Positions 6,137-21,449 of a stretch of 32,000 nucleotides of DNA are shown here, piece by piece. The DNA is from Mycobacterium tuberculosis H37Rv (GTDB taxonomy: Bacteria; Actinomycetota; Actinomycetes; Mycobacteriales; Mycobacteriaceae). Each line of letters begins with the position of its first letter. Position 1 is the stretch's first letter. The notes below the pieces were generated by a model that ran no database searches, was not told where the DNA came from, and saw only the letters and a program-made list of their open reading frames with translations. Location of the stretch: contig NC_000962.3 in the NCBI RefSeq assembly GCF_000195955.2, forward strand, positions 750,001-782,000, in the 5' to 3' direction. A program made the translations under genes and the position numbers.

Positions 6137-8500
6137 ATGCCGCAGCCAAGAACGCATCTGCCGATTCCCAGTGCTGCTCGCACCGGGCTGATCACGTATG
6201 ACGCGAAGGATCCCGACAGCACCTATCCGCCGATCGAGCAGCTGCGCCCACCGGCGGGTGCCCCGAATGTGTTGCTGATCCTGCTTGACGATGTCGGGTT
6301 CGGTGCGTCGAGCGCGTTCGGAGGCCCATGCAGGACGTCGACGGCGGAACTGCTTGCCGGTAACGGGTTGCGGTACAACCGGTTTCACACCACCGCGCTG
6401 TGCTCGCCGACGCGTCAGGCGTTGTTAACTGGACGCAACCATCACTCCGCCGGCATGGGCGGTATCACCGAAATCGCCACCGGTGCACCGGGATACAGCT
6501 CAGTACTACCGAACACCATGTCGCCGATCGCGCGGACGCTAAAGCTCAACGGCTACAACACCGCCCAGTTCGGCAAGTGCCACGAAGTCCCGGTCTGGCA
6601 GACCAGCCCGGTCGGGCCGTTCGACGCGTGGCCCAGCGGCGGCGGTGGTTTCGAATACTTCTACGGGTTTATCGGTGGCGAGGCTAACCAGTGGTATCCG
6701 AGTCTGTACGAGGGCACCACGCCGGTCGAGGTGAACCGCACGCCCGAGGAGGGTTACCATTTCATGGCGGACATGACCGACAAGGCCCTCGGCTGGATCG
6801 GACAGCAGAAGGCACTGGCCCCCGACCGGCCGTTCTTCGTGTACTTCGCCCCGGGCGCCACCCACGCGCCCCACCACGTTCCGCGGGAGTGGGCCGACAA
6901 GTACCGGGGCCGCTTCGATGTGGGCTGGGACGCACTGCGAGAGGAAACCTTCGCCCGGCAAAAGGAACTCGGGGTGATCCCGGCGGACTGCCAGCTGACC
7001 GCGCGGCACGCCGAAATCCCGGCGTGGGACGACATGCCGGAGGACCTCAAACCCGTGCTATGCCGGCAGATGGAGGTCTACGCGGGCTTTCTGGAATACA
7101 CCGACCACCACGTCGGCCGGCTCGTCGACGGCCTGCAGCGCCTCGGTGTGCTCGACGACACGCTGGTGTTCTACATCATCGACGACAACGGCGCCTCGGC
7201 CGAGGGCACGATCAACGGCACCTACAACGAGATGTTGAACTTCAACGGCCTGGCCGACATCGAGACGCCGCGGTTCATGACCGACCGGCTCGACAAGTTC
7301 GGCGGGCCGGAGTCCTACAACCACTATTCGGTGGGTTGGGCGCATGCGATGGATACCCCCTATCAGTGGACCAAACAAGTGGCCTCGCACTGGGGTGGCA
7401 CGCGTAACGGCACGATTGTGCACTGGCCCAACGGAATTGCCGCCAAGGGGGAGATGCGCTGGCAGTTTCACCACGTCATCGACGTGGCGCCGACCATCCT
7501 GGAGGCGGCGGGGTTGCCGGAACCGTTATTCGTCAACGGCGTGCAGCAACACCCCATCGAAGGGGTCAGCATGGCCTATTCGTTCGACGACGCGCAGGCG
7601 CCGGATCGGCACGAGACGCAGTATTTCGAGATGTTCGGAAACCGGGGCATCTACCACAAGGGTTGGACCGCGGTGACCAAGCACAAGACGCCGTGGATTT
7701 TGGTTGGCGAGCAGACCGTCGCGTTCGACGACGACGTGTGGGAGCTCTACGACACCACCAAGGATTGGAGCCAGGCCAAAGACTTGGCCAAGGAGATGCC
7801 GGAAAAGCTGCATGAGCTGCAGCGGCTGTGGCTGATCGAGGCGACGCGCTACAACGTGCTTCCGCTGGACGACGACACCGCCAGCCGCATCAACCCCGAT
7901 CTGGCGGGCAGGCCGGTGCTCATCAGGGGCAACACCCAGGTGCTGTTTTCGAACATGGGCCGGTTGTCGGAGAACTGTGTGCTCAACCTCAAGAACAAAT
8001 CGCACACGGTGACCGCTGAGGTCGAGGTGCCCGAGACCGGTGCTGAGGGCGTGATCGTCGCGCAGGGCGCCAGCATCGGCGGCTGGAGCCTGTATGCCAA
8101 CGACGGCAAGCTCAAGTACTGCTACAACCTGGGTGGTATCAAGCACTTCTACGCCGAGTCCGCCGACCCGCTGCCGGCCGGCGCCCATCAGGTGCGCATG
8201 GAATTCGCTTATGCCGGTGGCGGTTTGGGCAAGGGCGGCGAGGTAACTCTTTATGTCGACGGCCAACAGGTCGGCGAAGGACATGTCGAAGCCACCCTTG
8301 CCATCGTCTTCTCGGCCGACGACGGCTGCGATGTCGGCATGGATTCGGGCTCGCCCGTCTCACCCGACTATGCCCCGGGGAGTAACGCGTTCAACGGGCG
8401 GATCAAGGGCGTGCAGCTCGCGATCGCCGAGGCCGCCGCTGCTGCGGGCCATCTGGTCGACCCGGAGCACGCGATCCGCATCGCGCTGGCGCGCCAATAG
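6137..8500 (+). CDS. atsD: Type I (formylglycine-dependent) arylsulfatase AtsD (Rv0663-like)
   Basis: 787-aa ORF with GGGAGG upstream of the ATG. It has the sulfatase signature CSPTRQALLTGR (C-x-P-x-R) and GKCHE. The long C-terminal beta-rich extension is common in this sulfatase subgroup. Confidence 0.92.
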   Translation: MPQPRTHLPIPSAARTGLITYDAKDPDSTYPPIEQLRPPAGAPNVLLILLDDVGFGASSAFGGPCRTSTAELLAGNGLRYNRFHTTALCSPTRQALLTGRNHHSAGMGGITEIATGAPGYSSVLPNTMSPIARTLKLNGYNTAQFGKCHEVPVWQTSPVGPFDAWPSGGGGFEYFYGFIGGEANQWYPSLYEGTTPVEVNRTPEEGYHFMADMTDKALGWIGQQKALAPDRPFFVYFAPGATHAPHHVPREWADKYRGRFDVGWDALREETFARQKELGVIPADCQLTARHAEIPAWDDMPEDLKPVLCRQMEVYAGFLEYTDHHVGRLVDGLQRLGVLDDTLVFYIIDDNGASAEGTINGTYNEMLNFNGLADIETPRFMTDRLDKFGGPESYNHYSVGWAHAMDTPYQWTKQVASHWGGTRNGTIVHWPNGIAAKGEMRWQFHHVIDVAPTILEAAGLPEPLFVNGVQQHPIEGVSMAYSFDDAQAPDRHETQYFEMFGNRGIYHKGWTAVTKHKTPWILVGEQTVAFDDDVWELYDTTKDWSQAKDLAKEMPEKLHELQRLWLIEATRYNVLPLDDDTASRINPDLAGRPVLIRGNTQVLFSNMGRLSENCVLNLKNKSHTVTAEVEVPETGAEGVIVAQGASIGGWSLYANDGKLKYCYNLGGIKHFYAESADPLPAGAHQVRMEFAYAGGGLGKGGEVTLYVDGQQVGEGHVEATLAIVFSADDGCDVGMDSGSPVSPDYAPGSNAFNGRIKGVQLAIAEAAAAAGHLVDPEHAIRIALARQ

Positions 8501-8531
8501 GGCCGCACAGTCAAACGGGGAGGGGACGGCG

Positions 8532-8804
8532 ATGGAAAAGTCACGGTGCCACGCTGTCGCACATGGAGGTGGGTGTGCGGGATCTGCGAAATCGCACAAG
8601 TCAGGTGGTCGATGCGGTCAAGGCCGGGGTGCCGGTGACTCTCACGGTACACGGGGAGCCGGTCGCCGATATCGTGCCGCATCGGCGCCGCATCCGCTGG
8701 CTGTCGGGGCGCATCTGCGCGATGAGCTCGCCAAGCGCTCGGCCGACCCGCGCCTCACCGATGAACTCAACGACTTGGCCGGTCATACCCTCGACGACCT
8801 GTGA
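8532..8804 (+). CDS. vapB8: Antitoxin VapB8 (Rv0664-like), reading frame apparently disrupted. The 90-codon ORF ending at 8804 has a non-homologous N-terminal half.
   Basis: ATG 8532 to TGA 8804. The stop overlaps the vapC8 GTG (GTGA at 8801-8804). Only the last ~31 codons (AHLRDELAKRSADPRLTDELNDLAGHTLDDL) look antitoxin-like. A Phd/YefM-type N-terminus (MEVGVRDLRNRTSQVVDAVKAGVPVTLTVHGEPVADIVPHRRRIRWLSG) lies in the other frame from ATG 8563. Confidence 0.6.
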   Translation: MEKSRCHAVAHGGGCAGSAKSHKSGGRCGQGRGAGDSHGTRGAGRRYRAASAPHPLAVGAHLRDELAKRSADPRLTDELNDLAGHTLDDL

Positions 8805-9139
8805 CCGAGGGCGAGGTCGGGGTAGGCCTGCTAGATACGTCGGTCTTCATTGCGCGCGAGAGCGGCGGTGCAATCGCGGACCTGCCTGAACGCGTGGCGC
8901 TTTCGGTTATGACGATCGGTGAGCTGCAACTCGGTCTGCTCAATGCTGGCGATTCGGCGACCCGATCACGACGCGCCGACACCCTCGCGCTAGCGCGCAC
9001 GGCCGATCAGATCCCTGTCAGTGAAGCGGTGATGATTTCGTTGGCTCGACTCGTCGCGGACTGCCGAGCCGCGGGCGTGCGGCGGTCGGTGAAGCTGACC
9101 GACGCTCTCATTGCGGCAACCGCGGAGATCAAGGTGTGA
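8801..9139 (+). CDS. vapC8: PIN-domain toxin VapC8 (Rv0665-like), short form
   Basis: 112-aa ORF containing GLLDTSVFIA (Asp 1), TIGELQLG (Glu) and LTDALIAATA (Asp 3). It ends 7 residues later, before the usual fourth acidic residue. Confidence 0.85.
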   Translation: MTEGEVGVGLLDTSVFIARESGGAIADLPERVALSVMTIGELQLGLLNAGDSATRSRRADTLALARTADQIPVSEAVMISLARLVADCRAAGVRRSVKLTDALIAATAEIKV

Positions 9140-9309
9140 CACCGAGGACTGATGAAGGTGCCGCTGCACCCTGCCTGATGCCTGACGTCACGATGCCCGT
9201 GAAGCGTGGTGATGCCCGGGGAGCTTTGGGTGTGGGTCCAGCTTTGTTCGTGGTGAGCGTGAGCAGCTCGCTGGTGAGGGCCAGGAGCTGTCGTTGCACG
9301 GCGGATTGA
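9136..9309 (+). CDS. 57-codon ORF (Rv0666-like). Weakly supported as an independent gene.
   Basis: GTG 9136 overlaps the vapC8 stop (GTGTGA). Hand translation: VTPRTDEGAAAPCLMPDVTMPVKRGDARGALGVGPALFVVSVSSSLVRARSCRCTAD. No Shine-Dalgarno sequence and no recognisable domain. See the finding for an alternative reading as a displaced VapC8 tail. Confidence 0.3.
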   Translation: MTPRTDEGAAAPCLMPDVTMPVKRGDARGALGVGPALFVVSVSSSLVRARSCRCTAD

Positions 9310-9557
9310 TCGATTCGACCGCATCCATCTGGAGCTACTGCCCCAGACCGGACTCGCAGCCTTGGCAAGCCGCTACGCGGGCATTCTCACCTGAGGCAAC
9401 GAAGGGCGCTATGCGCGCATTGTGGGTGAGTCAACGCGAGGACTTGACGGCAGACGCTAAACGGGTCAATCTGTTGGGCAGCATGCGCCGCATGTGGCCA
9501 AAGGAAGTCGAGATCGCCAGCTAGCGCCGATATCCGGGGATGGTTATTGCCGGGTAT

Positions 9558-9586
9558 TTGAGGAATGCGCCGTCCTGCGCTATTGT
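9558..9586 (+). promoter_or_regulatory. Candidate sigma-A type promoter in the rpoB upstream region (TTGAGG-N17-TATTGT)
   Basis: TTGAGG at 9558-9563, a 17-nt spacer, then TATTGT at 9581-9586 (fits TANNNT). This would give a leader of about 210 nt before the rpoB TTG 9807. Motif match only. Confidence 0.3.
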
Positions 9587-9689
9587 TGGACGTTGCGCTG
9601 GCTACTTCCTGCCCACCTCACCCGCCACTTGACACCGTGGTCTTAGTCTGAGCCCAGTTTGCGGCTCAGCGGTTTAGTTGCGTGCGTGA

Positions 9690-13325
<3,636 letters not shown>

Positions 13326-13354
13326 AGCTGTCGCAAAATTACTAAACCCGTTAG

Positions 13355-17320
<3,966 letters not shown>

Positions 17321-17323
17321 GTG

Positions 17324-17385
17324 GGCGAGCAGACGCAGAATCGCACGCGAAATGCCTGCGCGATGCGATTCTGCGTCTGCTCGCC
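17324..17385. terminator. Perfect 22-bp-stem hairpin 4 nt after the rpoC stop. Probable rpoBC terminator. Same repeat family as 5265-5326.
   Basis: ggcgagcagacgcagaatcgca (17324-17345) is the exact reverse complement of tgcgattctgcgtctgctcgcc (17364-17385). The interior cgcg/cgcg can add 4 more pairs. No flanking T-tract. Confidence 0.7.
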
Positions 17386-17697
17386 GTGGTGGATGAGCCG
17401 GTCTTGCATCGCCGATGCGGGAAACCCATGCATGCGTTGGGGCACGACGCCGGCCTGGCCGCCAGATTGGCGCTGCCCGCCGCCCCGTTCAACATGAGTG
17501 GCAATCCCGCCATCTGCCTGCCTGCGGGGGACACGTCGTGAGGAACCCCGGTCGGGGTTTAGTTTATCGGCCGTGAATTCGCCGAACGGTTGCTCGTCCA
17601 AGCCGGCCACGCATTCCAGCAGGCCACTGCGTTCCATCGCCGACGCCCAGGCATGGCCTGGGTTGGTGATTGCGGCCGCCGAGTCAAACAACCGTGA
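17386..17697 (+). pseudogene. Relic of the 3' end of an amidase-signature-family gene with two in-frame stop codons
   Basis: A single frame reads ...LALPAAPFNMSGNPAICLPAGDTS*GTPVGV*FIGREFAERLLVQAGHAFQQATAFHRRRPGMAW.... The stops are TGA 17539-17541 and TAG 17560-17562. This matches the conserved amidase C-terminus (N-x-S/T-G-x-P-A-x-x-x-P-x-G ... G-x-P-x-G-x-Q-x-I-G ... Q-A-T-x-x-H). Confidence 0.7.
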
Positions 17698-19597
17698 ACT
17701 CGCGCGTCGTCGCGCTGAACGCTGTAAGCATGCCGTTGCGATCGCGTGCGGTGCCGTGGTGGACGATGCGGTATTGCCCGGGCGTGGTATCGCCGGGAAC
17801 ATCCCAGCGAATGCTGACATGCGATCCGGCCCGCCCTTGGCGCTGCCAGCGAAAGCTCGTGGCCCAGTCGCCGTCGTCAGCAATCCGCACCCAGCTGGCA
17901 CCTTCCCGGCGGACCACTTCGAGGTAGGTGCCGCCGCGGCGCAGATCGTTATTGGGCAGCGCGCTGACGAAAACGGCTTCCACCGCCTGACCCGGTCGGT
18001 ACGTCGCCGAGGGCTCGGCGATGACCGCTCCGAACGACCCGGCATCGGCGGGCGCGCCGCGCACCCAGCTCAGCTCCCGGGTGGGCCGCGGCCGGCGACC
18101 GAGCGTCACCGGACGGCCGTCGCGCATGGCCTCGGCGAGTTCGGCCACGGTCTGCATGAGGGCGCACAGTTCCCATCGACCGAACAACGTGCTGCCGCCC
18201 TCGTAGCGCTGTTCGAGATACTCTTCGGGCGTTGTCACGTAATGGATGTAGGCGTTGGTGTAGCCCACGCAGAGCACGTCGGCCAGGTCGGCGCCAACAA
18301 TCGAAGCCACCATGCGGCGCAGCCTAAGCCCCGCGACGATGGTCGGTTCGCCCGGAATACCGATCAGATAGAGGCGACCGATTCGCACGAGCTGAACGGG
18401 AACAATTTCCTGGACAAAGGGGTGTATCCGGTTCGGCAGGCGTGCGGGCATCACAATGCCTTTGGGGGCCTGTGCCGCTGCCGTCGGCCTTGCCAGCCGG
18501 TACATGGCGCGGGATAGTCTGTCCCAGAACGGGTTTCGCCCTTGGCGAAAGCCATGGAAGCCCGGGCCCTCGTCGGTGCCTGCCATGGCCCCGGCGCCAA
18601 ACATCGGACGCCCGGTGCGGCGCTCTTCACCGTCTGGTGTGTACTCGCCGCGCACGAGCACAGAACCGAGATCGACATAGGTGAACCGGGCATCAATGCC
18701 AGCGCCGATGGGCGTCGCTCCGCTCAACTGCGTGAAAGCATCCTCGAACTGGCACAACCCGGTACGACGGGTGTTGTCGAATTCCCGGTCTGGTGGGGCC
18801 TCGGGAGAAAGGGGCCCGTCGACATTCGGGCTCATGTCGCCCGGATTCGTCTGTGCGAAGGCGGCGATGAAGTCGGGCTGGCCGGCGAGATAATCCGCGC
18901 CGCCCACGGTGCGTTCCCAGTGATAGGCCGCGAAACCCTTGTTGTCTCCGGAGATGAGGTGGTTGCGATTCGTCATGCTCGTACCGTGGGTAGCGAAGAA
19001 ATGGATCACGCCCACGGTGGCCTCGCCCCGGTCGATACGCACGAGCGTGGTATGCGGGTCGACGCGTTTCGGGAAGAACGCCTTGTCGGCCGGCGGGTTG
19101 CGGTCGAACGCTGATGGGGATCGATTGATGCTTGCGCCGTACAGCTCGCCGTGCGAGAGCGAAACCTCGGCGGGCGCCACATCGGCATGCGCATGTTCCA
19201 CCGATTCGACAATTCCGTCGACGATCGCCGCAAAGGTTGCCGGCCGAAAGCCGCTCGTGGTCAGGTTGTACAGCAGGTATCCGCAGTACCCGCCAGGCCC
19301 GGCGTGGGTGTGGGTCGCCGTGATCAGTGTGTTCTGCTCCGAGTAGGTATCGCCATACAAATCGGCCAACCGGCGCAGCACTTCCTCATTCACGTTTTGC
19401 ATGGGCAGCGGCAGTTCGGCGACAATCAGCAGCAACCGCGCGTCCCCGTCCTGGGAATCGTCCCGGAACACAAACGCCCGTGACCTAAGTCGCTGGTGAA
19501 TGCCGGCGGTGCGCTGGTCGGACTTGCCGTAGCCGAGCATGCCGCAGTCCGCCGCCTCACCAGTGATGTCGGCGATGCCGCGCCCTACACTAAGCAT
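17684..19597 (-). CDS. Neutral/alkaline ceramidase family hydrolase (Rv0669c-like)
   Basis: 637-aa ORF. N-terminal block GRGIADITGEAADCGMLGYG...GIHQRLRSRAFVF and later FATHGTSM are typical of the neutral ceramidase family. Confidence 0.9.
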   Translation of the reverse strand: MLSVGRGIADITGEAADCGMLGYGKSDQRTAGIHQRLRSRAFVFRDDSQDGDARLLLIVAELPLPMQNVNEEVLRRLADLYGDTYSEQNTLITATHTHAGPGGYCGYLLYNLTTSGFRPATFAAIVDGIVESVEHAHADVAPAEVSLSHGELYGASINRSPSAFDRNPPADKAFFPKRVDPHTTLVRIDRGEATVGVIHFFATHGTSMTNRNHLISGDNKGFAAYHWERTVGGADYLAGQPDFIAAFAQTNPGDMSPNVDGPLSPEAPPDREFDNTRRTGLCQFEDAFTQLSGATPIGAGIDARFTYVDLGSVLVRGEYTPDGEERRTGRPMFGAGAMAGTDEGPGFHGFRQGRNPFWDRLSRAMYRLARPTAAAQAPKGIVMPARLPNRIHPFVQEIVPVQLVRIGRLYLIGIPGEPTIVAGLRLRRMVASIVGADLADVLCVGYTNAYIHYVTTPEEYLEQRYEGGSTLFGRWELCALMQTVAELAEAMRDGRPVTLGRRPRPTRELSWVRGAPADAGSFGAVIAEPSATYRPGQAVEAVFVSALPNNDLRRGGTYLEVVRREGASWVRIADDGDWATSFRWQRQGRAGSHVSIRWDVPGDTTPGQYRIVHHGTARDRNGMLTAFSATTREFTVV

Positions 19598-19791
19598 TGC
19601 CTAATCCTCCGCACCAGCAGCAAATTTCACGAGCGCTGACTACGCGCTGCTCCGGGGAAACGTATCCCACAAGGAGAAACACTTTATGCGCCGGGGCCCA
19701 CGAATACGGACGGCAGCATCCCGTGCCGCGGCTGGCCGGACGTGATCCGAGGGTGTGGGTCTCACCAGATCGGTCTCACTAGACTTGGGTT

Positions 19792-20550
19792 GTGCTCATT
19801 GGTTCGCATGTCAGCCCAACCGATCCGCTGGCCGCAGCGGAGGCCGAAGGCGCTGACGTAGTGCAGATTTTCCTTGGCAATCCGCAGAGCTGGAAGGCTC
19901 CCAAGCCGCGGGACGACGCCGCCGCGCTGAAAGCCGCGACCCTGCCCATCTACGTGCATGCGCCCTACCTGATCAACCTTGCGTCGGCGAACAATCGCGT
20001 GCGGATCCCGTCGCGCAAGATCCTGCAAGAGACCTGTGCTGCGGCGGCCGACATTGGCGCAGCGGCGGTGATCGTGCACGGTGGGCACGTCGCCGACGAC
20101 AACGACATCGACAAGGGCTTCCAGCGCTGGCGCAAGGCGCTGGACCGGCTGGAAACCGAGGTTCCCGTCTACCTGGAAAACACCGCCGGCGGCGATCACG
20201 CGATGGCGCGCCGCTTCGACACCATCGCCCGGCTCTGGGACGTCATCGGCGACACCGGAATCGGGTTTTGCCTGGACACCTGCCACACCTGGGCGGCCGG
20301 CGAGGCGCTGACCGATGCCGTCGATCGGATCAAAGCAATTACCGGCCGCATCGATCTGGTGCACTGCAACGACTCCAGGGACGAAGCGGGATCGGGCCGT
20401 GACCGCCACGCCAACCTCGGCAGCGGCCAGATTGATCCTGACCTGCTGGTGGCTGCCGTCAAGGCGGCCGGCGCGCCGGTGATCTGCGAAACCGCCGACC
20501 AAGGTCGCAAGGACGACATCGCGTTTCTGCGGGAAAGAACCGGCAGCTGA
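19792..20550 (+). CDS. end: Endonuclease IV (AP endonuclease family 2, TIM-barrel)
   Basis: 252-aa ORF with a GTG start. Blocks [31 protein letters not shown] and CLDTCH match the Nfo metal-binding layout. Confidence 0.9.
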
Positions 20551-20581
20551 CTTCAAGCCCCGCGGCACCTACCGTTGACTT

Positions 20582-21424
20582 ATGCTCCGCAGGGTCGCCA
20601 TACTGCTCGCCGCTGTGCTTGCGTTCGCGGGCTGCTCGGGGGGAACGAGGTTGGCGGCGGGCTTCGGCAATGGCAATAGCGTGCACACCCTCGATGTCGA
20701 TGGAGCCGGCCGCAGCTACCGGCTTTATAAGCCCGTCGGGTTGCCGTCCTCGGCGCCGCTGGTCGTCATGTTGCACGGCGGGTTCGGCAGCGCCAAGCAA
20801 GCCGAAAGGTCTTATGGCTGGGACGAATTGGCCGACTCCGAGAAGTTCCTCGTCGCCTACCCCGATGGCTATCACAGGGCTTGGAATGCCAATGGCGGAG
20901 GCTGCTGCGGCCGGCCCGCACGTGAAGGCGTCGACGACATCGGCTTCGTCCGCGCGGTCGTCGCCGACATCGCCAACAATGTCAGCATCGACCCCGCCCG
21001 GGTCTACGTCACGGGCATGAGCAACGGTGCCATCATGTCCTACACGCTGGCCTGCAACACCAGCATCTTCGCGGCGATCGGCGTCGTTTCGGGCACGCAA
21101 CTAGACCCCTGTCAGTCCCCGCGTCCGGTGTCGGTCATCCACATCCATGGCACGGCCGATCCGCTGGTCCGCTACCACGGCGGGCCCGGCGCCGGGTTCG
21201 CGCGCATCGACGGTCCGCCGGTGCCCGATCTCAATGCGTTCTGGCGCGAGGTCAACCGGTGCGGCGCGCTGGATACCACGACCGAAGGTCCGGTCACCAC
21301 ATCGGGCGCCACATGCGCCGACAATCGCCGTGTCGTGCTGCTCACCGTCGATGACGCCGGCCACCGATGGCCGTCATTTGCCACCCAGACACTGTGGCGA
21401 TTCTTTGCAGCGCACTTCAGATGA
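20582..21424 (+). CDS. lpqP: Lipoprotein LpqP, esterase/PHB-depolymerase-like alpha/beta hydrolase
   Basis: Signal peptide with lipobox LAFAGC (MLRRVAILLAAVLAFAGCSGG) and nucleophile elbow GMSNG. Confidence 0.9.
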   Translation: MLRRVAILLAAVLAFAGCSGGTRLAAGFGNGNSVHTLDVDGAGRSYRLYKPVGLPSSAPLVVMLHGGFGSAKQAERSYGWDELADSEKFLVAYPDGYHRAWNANGGGCCGRPAREGVDDIGFVRAVVADIANNVSIDPARVYVTGMSNGAIMSYTLACNTSIFAAIGVVSGTQLDPCQSPRPVSVIHIHGTADPLVRYHGGPGAGFARIDGPPVPDLNAFWREVNRCGALDTTTEGPVTTSGATCADNRRVVLLTVDDAGHRWPSFATQTLWRFFAAHFR

Positions 21425-21449
21425 GGACAAAACCATCCGTTACATTCTC

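Noticed and set aside
5769-6149. Long (126-aa) form of the vapB7 ORF
   Set aside because: The 42 extra N-terminal codons are non-homologous and would overlap the divergent atsD start and its Shine-Dalgarno sequence. The internal ATG 6023 yields a standard RHH antitoxin.
9294-9524. 76-aa ORF (MHGGLIDSTASIW...) and the minus-strand ORFs 9007..9368 in the vapC8-rpoB gap. I also looked here for transposase or other gene relics.
   Set aside because: I could not recognise any family in any of the six frames. There is no Shine-Dalgarno sequence, and the composition is typical of random GC-rich ORFs. I leave the region as non-coding leader/promoter.
9629-9634. Perfect -35 hexamer TTGACA upstream of rpoB
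   Set aside because: No TANNNT-type -10 lies 16-19 nt downstream (gcccag, cccagt and agccca at the relevant offsets), so on its own it does not define a promoter.
17498-18517. 339-aa plus-strand ORF and the 242-aa minus ORF 17317..18045 around the rpoC/ceramidase junction
   Set aside because: They are antisense or out of frame relative to the ceramidase gene, with no domain signal. The only meaningful coding signal in 17386-17697 is the amidase relic in a different frame.
19762-21100. 268-aa and 213-aa minus-strand ORFs antisense to end and lpqP
   Set aside because: These are antisense-frame artefacts. The plus-strand genes have clear family motifs.
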